Below, piece after piece: positions 1 to 7,102 of a stretch of DNA of 39,777 bases. Both the position numbers and the translations under genes were made by a program. The stretch spans positions 1 to 39,777 of IMG/VR virus record IMGVR_UViG_3300009610_000026. The stretch is one strand, 5' to 3'. The notes below the pieces were generated by a model. That model worked only from the letters and a program-made list of their open reading frames with translations. It did not search any database and was not told the origin of the DNA. Every line of letters begins with the position of its first letter. Position 1 is the stretch's first letter. The stretch is from a virus.

Positions 1-123
1 AACTGGAGAAGTAGCAGAAAGTTATGGTGCAGGACCAAAGACTAAAACGGCTACTGAGATGGGAATGTTATTCCTGACTGGAATGATGGGCCAGAAAACA
101 GCTGATCAGTACATTTCGGAGAA
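1..123. repeat. Terminal direct repeat, copy 1 (identical to 39655..39777); marks circular closure of the genome
   Basis: Base-by-base comparison of both window ends gives 123/123 identity. The repeat is internal to a coding frame. Confidence 0.95.
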
Positions 124-811
124 ATACCAGCAATCAAAACGAGCTATTCCTCAAGGCGATATAGTCCCTACAAATAAGCTTTTGAACAATCTTGAGAAAG
201 TCGAACAAGAGTTAAGTAAAGGTGTGAGCACTCCTACAAAGAATGAAGTTCTTATTCCTCTGCAAGAATTGAAGGCTAAGGCTTCGGGCGGTGGAATGCT
301 CACAGAGGATCTTGTACAGTCTTACCATGATATCAATGAAAGGCTGAATGCTAAAAAGCTTTTCGATGAGCTGAACAAGGGCGAAAGACAAGTTCTCCGT
401 AAGCGTTATGATATGTTACGTGATGAGGTACGTAATACTATACAAGACTACGGCAAAGGTAATCCAGCATTTCTTAAAGAATGGCAAGAAGCCAATCAGG
501 GCTATGCAGCAATAGCACAAAGTAAAAAGGTAAGTAATTTTCTAGATAGACATAAAGGCAAGATACCATCTCATCTAGCAGCTACAGTCGCTGGAGAACT
601 GTTCTTCGGATATCCTCAAGTAGCAGCAGCGACTGTAGGCGCAGCAGCAGGAAGCTTCGGATTAGTTAAAGCAGGCGAGTTGTTGCATAGAGTAATCAAA
701 AGTCCAGTATTAAGAAAACATTATTTGAATGTAATCCAGGAAGCTTCAAATGAAAATCTTCCTGGTGTGATAAAGAATCTAGAGATATTAGATAAAGAAC
801 TTAGTAAATAA
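1..811 (+). CDS. 3' portion of a junction-spanning gene (5' part at 39140..39777); internal virion/ejection-like protein, 441 aa when joined
   Basis: The frame is open from base 2 and in phase with the ORF running off at 39777. It is the third of three consecutive large non-enzymatic proteins after the tail genes, comparable in size to the P22 gp7/gp20/gp16 series. Confidence 0.6.
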   Translation, partial: TGEVAESYGAGPKTKTATEMGMLFLTGMMGQKTADQYISEKYQQSKRAIPQGDIVPTNKLLNNLEKVEQELSKGVSTPTKNEVLIPLQELKAKASGGGMLTEDLVQSYHDINERLNAKKLFDELNKGERQVLRKRYDMLRDEVRNTIQDYGKGNPAFLKEWQEANQGYAAIAQSKKVSNFLDRHKGKIPSHLAATVAGELFFGYPQVAAATVGAAAGSFGLVKAGELLHRVIKSPVLRKHYLNVIQEASNENLPGVIKNLEILDKELSK

Positions 812-1183
812 TCTCATCTTTGTCTCTAAGTATCCACATTGATCCGAAATAAACTAATGGGACTAGTAACCATATCATTTTATTACCACCCGTATCTAAT
901 GTAATTATTCATATTTTGCTGATTCTGCATTTGCTGTCTTTGGATTTGTAGTTGCTCTCTTTGCATCTGCATTTGCTCTTGTTGCATATTGAAATTGTTT
1001 ACTCTTTCGCGTTCATATGAATCAGCAAATGGTCCTGGTCTATGTATAATTTGTACAGCTGAAACTTCAGTAAATAAAATCTAGCCAAAATCGATAAAGT
1101 CTTTGGCAGAGTTTTCCTTTTCGCCTTTAATTATCCAAAAAACTAAAGCTATTAAACAGATAACAGCTACAAATATAGGCATC

Positions 1184-1612
1184 TTATTCTCCGTGTTTTG
1201 TGTCTAAAATCTCTTCTATTGTCCATGGACATACTTTAGGAAAAGTTCGAATATCAATTCCTGTTTCTCTACTTGCCTTTCTAGAGGCCGCTTCATAAGT
1301 TTTACATAAAATTTCTGGAAGCGTTCTCTTAAGACTTGAGTTTTCTTCCAATATATCCTCTACTTGTTCTCTTGCTTCTGCTATGGAACAAGACCAAGAT
1401 CTACTTCTTAGTTCGGGCTGAAATGTATATTTCAAGAGATGCATAATGAGATTTTTTAAATGACTCCGAAGCGCATGTTTAGTAGAACTTCTCAAATCTA
1501 TAACCTCTTCCACTAAATGTTCTATGTCGATTTCATCCCATCGTTTATCCAAAAGCAGCTTACTTTGCTGCTCACTCCAAGCACAAAAATCCTTTTCGTA
1601 TAAGGTAGTCAT
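1184..1612 (-). CDS. DUF29 family protein
   Basis: The N-terminus LYEKDFCAWSEQQSKLL..WDEIDIEHLVEEV..L matches the hallmark opening of DUF29 helical-bundle proteins. The size (142 aa) is typical. Confidence 0.75.
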   Translation of the reverse strand: MTTLYEKDFCAWSEQQSKLLLDKRWDEIDIEHLVEEVIDLRSSTKHALRSHLKNLIMHLLKYTFQPELRSRSWSCSIAEAREQVEDILEENSSLKRTLPEILCKTYEAASRKASRETGIDIRTFPKVCPWTIEEILDTKHGE

Positions 1613-1968
1613 GGAATAGTCTCCTTATTCTTTTTATTAATTTCTTCAATAAGTTCATTGCCAAGCTCAGTGTTAAGTCTAAGTCTAGCATAATTCAATT
1701 CGTCTTTTACCTTTGTCGTTAAGTCAAAATAAAATCCTTCGTCAATGTTTAATTCTTTGCATAGACAATAGATTTTTTGAAGTTTATTTACATATGCTGC
1801 ATGCCTTCGTGTCTCAAAACCACATTGATTTAACTCAACTTGCTCAAGTTTTTCTCTATAAATAAGATCGATTATTCTCCCTTTATTTACCATGACGACA
1901 CATACTGTAGGTATAAATAACATACCTACGATTGACCAAGTAACTTTAACAATATCATCATAAGTCAT
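1609..1968 (-). CDS. Hypothetical protein with N-terminal transmembrane helix
   Basis: 119-aa ORF with a 4-nt overlap with the downstream gene and the hydrophobic segment WSIVGMLFIPTVCVVMV. Confidence 0.55.
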   Translation of the reverse strand: MTYDDIVKVTWSIVGMLFIPTVCVVMVNKGRIIDLIYREKLEQVELNQCGFETRRHAAYVNKLQKIYCLCKELNIDEGFYFDLTTKVKDELNYARLRLNTELGNELIEEINKKNKETIP

Positions 1969-2038
1969 AATTTCCTCTTCATTTGCCTATATAATACCAC
2001 GCTTGACGATATATTGTCAAGGCGTTAGGATAGCTCAC

Positions 2039-2407
2039 ATGATCAATAGAGCCAAATGTAAATTATGTTTAAGCACAGTTGAGAGCCTACATGATACCGA
2101 TTATGTAGCCTGTAAGTGCGGTGAGATAGCCGTTGATGCAGGCCAAGCTATGAAATGCTTCGCTATTCGATGGGAGAACTTCATACGTGTAGATGACCAG
2201 GGCAACGAGATCCTAGTCAAACTAAAGGAAGAAATTATAGAGCATTCCGATGCGCCAAGACCAACAAAGAAGGAATTGATTGATATGCTTAATGAAATGA
2301 CTAAAACCCTCGAGAATCTGCCTCCCAATGCTATGTCTACGCCAGTTAATCATTATGACTTACTTTCGTTCATGTTGCTTGTTTCGGCCATTTTACGGGC
2401 TGAATAG
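2039..2407 (+). CDS. Small zinc-ribbon protein (CxxC...CxC)
   Basis: ORF 2003..2407. I prefer the ATG at 2039, which has AGGA 9 nt upstream. Cys pairs CKLC and CKCG are present. The 3' end overlaps the convergent gene 2353..2787 by 55 nt. Confidence 0.45.
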   Translation: MINRAKCKLCLSTVESLHDTDYVACKCGEIAVDAGQAMKCFAIRWENFIRVDDQGNEILVKLKEEIIEHSDAPRPTKKELIDMLNEMTKTLENLPPNAMSTPVNHYDLLSFMLLVSAILRAE

Positions 2408-2787
2408 GCTGCTTGCTGCTCTTCAAACCAATTAAACGTTGCATCTAGTCTTGGTGCAAAGGCTTCCTGATTATTTGTACTTTCACCCCATCCTCGATCT
2501 TTACCTCTCTTATCAAGAACATACATCGCAGCTTTTAAACCATGACCTGGCTTATCCTTTCCTAGTGCTAGAGAATACCAAACGTTCTTTTCTGCTTGAT
2601 CAAGCCATTCATTAGCCAACGACTGTTGCACATCATCAAACTTCTTTTTCAGTTCTGGATCAGATTTAAGATGAACGTAAAATGTATCTCTATGGATGTT
2701 TAAAGCACGAGCAATATCAGTGATACAACATTTATACTTGAAAAATACGTCGGAAACGTCGGGAGGAGGAATCCAGGCTTCTGCCAT
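2353..2787 (-). CDS. HTH protein resembling P22 gp3 / Sf6 gp1-type small terminase subunits (or a regulator)
   Basis: The pattern ITDIARALNIHRDTFYVHLKSDPELKKKFDDV...LKAAMYVLDKRGKDRGWGE parallels the HTH plus oligomerisation core of gp3-type TerS. The location is far from TerL. Confidence 0.45.
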   Translation of the reverse strand: MAEAWIPPPDVSDVFFKYKCCITDIARALNIHRDTFYVHLKSDPELKKKFDDVQQSLANEWLDQAEKNVWYSLALGKDKPGHGLKAAMYVLDKRGKDRGWGESTNNQEAFAPRLDATFNWFEEQQAAYSARKMAETSNMNESKS

Positions 2788-2795
2788 TTCATTTC

Positions 2796-2933
2796 CTATT
2801 TCTTCTTTTTCTTCATCATTTCTTTACCGTAATCGCAGACTTTGTCGCGTTTCTTATCAGCTTTCTGTAAACCTTTCAAAGATTTACCTTCCTTCTTGTT
2901 TTCTTTTACTATCTTTGATATGATTTTATCCAT
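2796..2933 (-). CDS. Lys-rich 45-aa peptide (hypothetical)
   Basis: ATG-initiated ORF below the track cutoff, MDKIISKIVKENKKEGKSLKGLQKADKKRDKVCDYGKEMMKKKKK. It ends 8 nt before the 2787 start. Confidence 0.3.
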   Translation of the reverse strand: MDKIISKIVKENKKEGKSLKGLQKADKKRDKVCDYGKEMMKKKKK

Positions 2934-2947
2934 TGGAATTCCTTTTT

Positions 2948-3580
2948 ATGAATATTTGCCCAGTCTGTAAAAAACCTAGTGGATTTAAAACAAATGGTAC
3001 ACAGAGAGTTTTTTGTTCTAACGAATGCAAGTTTGTAGGTAGAAAAAATGGCGAGAAAATCACATGCTTGCATTGCAATAAAGAAATTTATGTTAGACCT
3101 TGCGAAAAGCCGCTTAAAAAGTTTTGTTCCCCAGTATGCTCTTCTAAATATCATTCTGTAGGCAGTTTGAGAAAGAATGGTACTACTTATGAATGTCCTA
3201 TTTGCCATAATCAAATGTATGTTCAACCCAGCATTTTGAAATCTAAGAAAAATGGAATAAAATATTGTTCTATGATTTGCAAGACAGAAGCAATGAAAAG
3301 GGGTGATACAAACTTTGGATTTAAGGACGAAGGAGCTGATAAAACTCCTAATATTCGGAAGAGAATTCAAGTTAACAAACAGAGAGTCTATGAACATAGA
3401 TATATCATGGAGCAACATATTGGAAGGAAAATAGAAAAAGGAGAGCATGTCCATCATATAAATGGGAATCCAAAAGATAATCGAATTGAAAATCTCCAAG
3501 TACTTACAGCTTCTGAACATTCTAAACTTCATAAATCTCATTATTCCGGGTTATACTCAAATCTGGGTATAACTGTCTAG
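2948..3580 (+). CDS. HNH endonuclease with three N-terminal CxxC...FCSxxC zinc-finger repeats
   Basis: The C-terminal HVHHINGNPKDNRIENLQVLTASEHSKLH is a classic HNH motif. There are three repeats of CPxC...(F/Y)CSxxC. The ATG at 2948 is preferred over the TTG at 2933. Confidence 0.85.
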   Translation: MNICPVCKKPSGFKTNGTQRVFCSNECKFVGRKNGEKITCLHCNKEIYVRPCEKPLKKFCSPVCSSKYHSVGSLRKNGTTYECPICHNQMYVQPSILKSKKNGIKYCSMICKTEAMKRGDTNFGFKDEGADKTPNIRKRIQVNKQRVYEHRYIMEQHIGRKIEKGEHVHHINGNPKDNRIENLQVLTASEHSKLHKSHYSGLYSNLGITV

Positions 3581-4035
3581 AGCTTCTCTCCACAATGCGG
3601 GCATTCTTTCTCTTTCTTGGGCTTATCTTCACCATCAATTTCATCTTTGTCTAAATGCAGATCATCAGCTGTAAATCCCCAGTCAAAAAGATCTTGTACT
3701 TCCCACTCATTTCCGAGTAAGTCCCAGTCCCATTCACCGGTATTCTTGTTGAATCGAATACACGCTTCATCAACTTCCTCAGGAGTCATTAACCGGTCAG
3801 GTACATTACATTCGACTTCATTATTGCCAAGTTCTTTCCAAACTTTAATACGCATATGGCCACCGATGATCTGACCATCTATGTTGACTTCAGGTTTAGC
3901 AGCCATCCCAAACTTGTTTAGATTATATCTAAGATGCGCGTGTTGTTCTTTTGTCAAGCGACGAGGATTCTTTGGATGCGGTTTAAGAGAGCTAATCTTT
4001 CTCGTTTCTAAATGCCATTTAATCATAGGCGCCAA
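3577..4035 (-). CDS. ParB-like nuclease domain protein with C-terminal zinc ribbon
   Basis: ISSLKPHPKNPRRLTKEQHAHL...GQIIGGHMRIKVWKELG matches the ParB N-terminal/sulfiredoxin-like domain signature. The C-terminus has CPHCGEKL. Confidence 0.75.
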   Translation of the reverse strand: MAPMIKWHLETRKISSLKPHPKNPRRLTKEQHAHLRYNLNKFGMAAKPEVNIDGQIIGGHMRIKVWKELGNNEVECNVPDRLMTPEEVDEACIRFNKNTGEWDWDLLGNEWEVQDLFDWGFTADDLHLDKDEIDGEDKPKKEKECPHCGEKL

Positions 4036-4068
4036 CTTATATAACCTCTCAAAACTTGTAAAGCGGTT

Positions 4069-4581
4069 TTACTTTGGTAGTTGCTCACTCGGCATGGAAG
4101 AGAGTCTAGCCGGTAACGCTGAACTTGCTGCCGCAGAAGGCAAAGGTACATCATCTTCTCCAGGTGTTTCATCGATATACTTATATCTTCCACGGTTTAA
4201 AAATTCCTTTTCGAGTACCGCTAACCTTTCCATAAGAGACGATGGGGTTATTTGATTTTTTTTCAGTTCGTTGACTTCGTTTTTCAACTCTTCTATTTCT
4301 TCTTGTAAAAAGTGAGTTGCACGTTGAAATTCTTTTGAAATATAACGAATGTTATGACGATGAGCAAATATCGCACTCAATGCTGTAAGTCCTAACATAG
4401 AAAAAGCGCCTATCAAAAGGCTGAATTGTAGAAGAATGGCAGAAGCTATAAGCATAACCATGCTTGCCGCACTACCAAATACAATAATGGTTGTAATGTT
4501 TCGGTCAGAGATTTTTGCTTCTCTCCTTTTACTGGCTGGAGATAGCGGAATAGGTACGTGAGAAATTGCAGGAACAGACAT
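4069..4581 (-). CDS. Membrane protein with a 45-residue uncharged bilobed hydrophobic hairpin followed by a coiled coil (Inc-like topology; class II holin-like alternative)
   Basis: Residues 29-73 (ITTIIVFGSAASMVMLIASAILLQFSLLIGAFSMLGLTALSAIFA) contain no charged residue. They are followed by EEIEELKNEVNELKK heptads. The gene has its own TATAAT (4606..4611, minus strand) and an AGGAGG SD. Confidence 0.6.
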   Translation of the reverse strand: MSVPAISHVPIPLSPASKRREAKISDRNITTIIVFGSAASMVMLIASAILLQFSLLIGAFSMLGLTALSAIFAHRHNIRYISKEFQRATHFLQEEIEELKNEVNELKKNQITPSSLMERLAVLEKEFLNRGRYKYIDETPGEDDVPLPSAAASSALPARLSSMPSEQLPK

Positions 4582-4679
4582 AACTCCTCCTGATATGCAT
4601 TATTTATTATACCATGGCCTTAAATTTACCTTATAATAAAAGATGATTAAAATAAAGTGCTCACGCATTTATTCTAAAA

Positions 4680-5000
4680 TCAAAATGGAACTTCTTCCTG
4701 AACAGATGGTTGATTTACTTTTGCTTGCATTTCAGCACATTTCTTGTCTATAGCCTTCAATGCAAGATCGGTAAACATATCTTTATGGGAATTTTCTCGA
4801 TAACGAATGTATGGCGCAAATTTCTTTTCTCCTTGATCATTTGTATATTCTCTGGCTGGCATGTTGATCCAACGTTTGCCATCCTTTTGAAAAAGCTGGC
4901 ACCCATAAATTTCTAGACCCGTTTTGGGTATATAAAAATCAGCGAATCCTACGAATGATCCTTTGTTAACACTTTGGAATTTTAAACATTCGATTGACAT
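4680..5000 (-). CDS. SpoVG-like small protein (tentative)
   Basis: Aligns by eye with SpoVG: VNKGSFVGFADFYI...GKRWINMPAREYTNDQGEKKFAPYI against VNTDGRMKAIASITL...[23 protein letters not shown]. Confidence 0.4.
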   Translation of the reverse strand: MSIECLKFQSVNKGSFVGFADFYIPKTGLEIYGCQLFQKDGKRWINMPAREYTNDQGEKKFAPYIRYRENSHKDMFTDLALKAIDKKCAEMQAKVNQPSVQEEVPF

Positions 5001-5200
5001 ATCTTGTCCTTTATGGTCATTTTCATCAGAAGGTAAATAAACAGTAACAAAAAGTACACCAAATTGTTTGCCTTGGATATTCTGACTTATATTTATTTCC
5101 GCAGAAAGGACATACAGCTATGTACATAAAAAAATCCCCTTATCAATCGGCACCCTGTACGCATAATAGAAATACCTGTTTATTTGAGAAGGGGTAAAAT

Positions 5201-5401
5201 TTATTCCTTTTTCTTTCGAGCGCATTTTTTCTCAGGTTTTGGTTTATCTTTTTTTTTCAACTCGAGGATGATCTCATTAAGCTTAGCGTAATTATTTTCA
5301 AGATTTGCTATGCGTTGATTTGCTTCATATATTTCCCCTTGCTGCATTTCTTTTTGGATATGAAGAATATGGAGACCCAACCATTTTTTTATGATGTTCA
5401 C
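5201..5401 (-). CDS. Small coiled-coil protein with basic C-terminus
   Basis: 66-aa ORF with an ATGA-type overlap with the upstream gene. It is the last gene of the membrane-protein operon. Confidence 0.5.
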   Translation of the reverse strand: MNIIKKWLGLHILHIQKEMQQGEIYEANQRIANLENNYAKLNEIILELKKKDKPKPEKKCARKKKE

Positions 5402-5997
5402 TTATTACCATCCATTTTTTGGAGATGATCATGGAATGCATCGGCTAATCTGAAGTGGTAAGATGCCATTTTTAAGTTATGCTCTATGTCATAATATTCA
5501 TCAATACAACATATTCCATACTGTCCAAGCAAAGATAACGTTGCAGCTGCTAGTCGAAAACTCCAAGGACCTGGAACGGCAGCTATTGCTGTAGTAAAGG
5601 CCATTTTCGCTTTCTCTCGTTGCTTGAGTGTAGGCATATACCAGCATCCTTCTTCACCCTTCTTATAAAAATCTCTTCCTTTATCTCTATGAAGACGAAA
5701 AGACATTCTGGCGGTTTGCCTATCGGTATTTCTGACAACTTTTAAACATGCTTTGGAAAGAGAGTTGTCATCGTTGATATAATAATCTGGAGTCCCGTCT
5801 GGGACAAATTTCACTGGAGCATGGTAGTAAGCAACTTCACAGTCTTGATAGCAATAAGCTTTAGAGAAATACATACTTCCAAGAATGACAAAGAACCACA
5901 TGATATAAGAGGACCAATCACGTCTTCTTTCTCCGAAGAAAAACTCAAGTGTTGCAAATAAGACAACAATTGAAAATGCAGCTAATATGGTTATCAT
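5398..5997 (-). CDS. Cys-rich membrane protein (two N-terminal TM helices)
   Basis: 199 aa, with TM segments ITILAAFSIVVLFATLEFFF and IMWFFVILGSMYF. Coupled by 4-nt overlaps on both sides. Confidence 0.6.
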   Translation of the reverse strand: MITILAAFSIVVLFATLEFFFGERRRDWSSYIMWFFVILGSMYFSKAYCYQDCEVAYYHAPVKFVPDGTPDYYINDDNSLSKACLKVVRNTDRQTARMSFRLHRDKGRDFYKKGEEGCWYMPTLKQREKAKMAFTTAIAAVPGPWSFRLAAATLSLLGQYGICCIDEYYDIEHNLKMASYHFRLADAFHDHLQKMDGNK

Positions 5998-6302
5998 TTT
6001 TGTTCCTTACAGCAATCACAATCTAGATCGTGGATATTCAGACCATCCGGACTCTTATCCCAGATAATCTTTGGTTTATTTTGACAATCACAATCCGGAT
6101 CATGAACTATGCAATCACTGAGGTTTTGGTGCCAAATTATATAACGATGGCCTGAAAATTCCGTCTTAGATGCTTTACCTAATCCTAGTTTTTCGATCGG
6201 ATAGAGTTTTACATAATGTTTTTCATCATAAATGATCTTGTAAGTGATGAATACTGCGATTAAAATGACACAGATGAAAGGAAAAATTAAATAGCTTCTC
6301 AT
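5994..6302 (-). CDS. Single-pass membrane protein with duplicated HDxDCDC motif
   Basis: The N-terminal TM is YLIFPFICVILIAVFITY. The C-terminal part has HDPDCDCQ and HDLDCDCC. Confidence 0.6.
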   Translation of the reverse strand: MRSYLIFPFICVILIAVFITYKIIYDEKHYVKLYPIEKLGLGKASKTEFSGHRYIIWHQNLSDCIVHDPDCDCQNKPKIIWDKSPDGLNIHDLDCDCCKEQK

Positions 6303-6544
6303 TTCTTACCCTTTCCTTCAAGAGTACATACTCTTCCATGAAATTGCATCATAGCGTTGTGAAATTGATTCATATCCTCACGAATGCCTTTTAGGATTTC
6401 ATTAGTTTCTTTTCTGCTTTCCTCTATTTTTTTATCATTGTGAAGATATAGGGCAATAACAGTTCCTAAATTGGTAGCAATTATTGCAAAAACTGTAATA
6501 GCTTGTGTCCAATCTAGACCGTGAACAACTTGAGTTGGTTCCAT
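6299..6544 (-). CDS. Small single-pass membrane protein, FHxR[LV]CxxE family member B
   Basis: TM AITVFAIIATNLGTVIALYL, then a helical tail ending QFHGRVCTLEGKGKK. Paralogous to 6573..6815 and 13803..14039. Confidence 0.65.
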   Translation of the reverse strand: MEPTQVVHGLDWTQAITVFAIIATNLGTVIALYLHNDKKIEESRKETNEILKGIREDMNQFHNAMMQFHGRVCTLEGKGKK

Positions 6545-6572
6545 AATTTTTTCCTGTAGCTAGTGTATTTTA

Positions 6573-6815
6573 TCATTTCTTTTCTTTTTCTATTAGGCAA
6601 AGACGATTATGAAAGTCTTTCATTTCCATATGAATTGCATGAGTAAGTTCACGAATAGCATCAAGTTTGTTATCCATATGCCTAATATCGGATCGAGTTT
6701 CAGTTCTTACCCAAAAAAATAATGGAACAACAATCGCAAGATTGGCAATAAAAACACCACCCACCGTACCTAAAATCGTAAGAATTTCAGTTGAAATTAC
6801 TGCTTCATTTGACAT
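6573..6815 (-). CDS. Small single-pass membrane protein, FHxR[LV]CxxE family member A
   Basis: The ATG at 6815 is preceded by GGAGGAAAAAATC. TM ILTILGTVGGVFIANLAIVVPLFFW, with a tail ending DFHNRLCLIEKEKK. Confidence 0.65.
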   Translation of the reverse strand: MSNEAVISTEILTILGTVGGVFIANLAIVVPLFFWVRTETRSDIRHMDNKLDAIRELTHAIHMEMKDFHNRLCLIEKEKK

Positions 6816-6854
6816 GATTTTTTCCTCCGGCTTACAGCTTATCATAGATAGGCA

Positions 6855-6883
6855 TTGAAATCAAATCCCTAACGCCTTAGACT
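6855..6883 (+). promoter_or_regulatory. Sigma70-like promoter candidate (TTGAAA-17-TAGACT)
   Basis: The hexamers and spacing were read directly from the sequence. Confidence 0.3.
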
Positions 6884-6889
6884 GATTGC

Positions 6890-6955
6890 GAAAATACAGC
6901 ATCAATGTTTTTTCTCCACGACATCGGAGGCTGTCGAAAACTGCCTCCGTTTTTT
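6890..6955 (+). ncRNA. Candidate ~65-nt small RNA, antisense to the 5' leader of the membrane-protein operon
   Basis: Predicted from the promoter-like TTGAAA-N17-TAGACT (6855..6883) and the terminator at 6925..6955. No ORF is present. Confidence 0.3.
6925..6955 (+). terminator. Plus-strand intrinsic terminator inside a minus-strand block
   Basis: CGGAGGC-11 nt-GCCTCCG followed by TTTTTT. There is no T-run in the minus-strand reading. Confidence 0.55.
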
Positions 6956-7046
6956 AATAATAAGTAATTTCAAACATTCTTTTGCTAGTTATGGATATAA
7001 GTCCATAGGCTGCTTTTAAATATCGTTAAAAACATATATAGAAATG

Positions 7047-7075
7047 ATTTTAATGGAAACGTAACATAAGAGCAA
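7047..7075 (-). promoter_or_regulatory. Sigma70-like promoter candidate for the membrane-protein operon (TTGCTC-17-TAAAAT on the minus strand)
   Basis: Read directly from the sequence. It lies about 230 nt upstream of the 6815 start. Confidence 0.3.
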
Positions 7076-7102
7076 TTATCAGACATTGACTTCTAGCGCT
7101 CT

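Noticed and set aside
1-123. Terminal repeat as a prophage att site or transposon end
   Set aside because: The repeat is internal to a continuous coding frame. No integrase or transposase is present. It is best explained by circular closure or terminal redundancy.
2353-2407. 55-nt convergent overlap of 2039..2407 and 2353..2787 as a regulatory antisense arrangement
   Set aside because: It could simply reflect an over-extended 3' end of one ORF in AT-rich sequence, and there is no independent evidence. It is noted under the terminase finding only.
2909-3541. 210-aa minus-strand ORF
   Set aside because: It is antisense to the HNH endonuclease gene, which has an unambiguous catalytic motif. 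The product is Phe/Ile/Ser-rich, as expected for the reverse frame of AT-rich coding DNA.
5001-5200. 200-bp gap with CCCCTT...AAGGGG arms followed (on the minus strand) by ATTTTTTT, considered as a terminator or structured RNA
   Set aside because: The arms are only 6 bp and are separated by about 49 nt without clear internal pairing. It is too weak to call without folding software.
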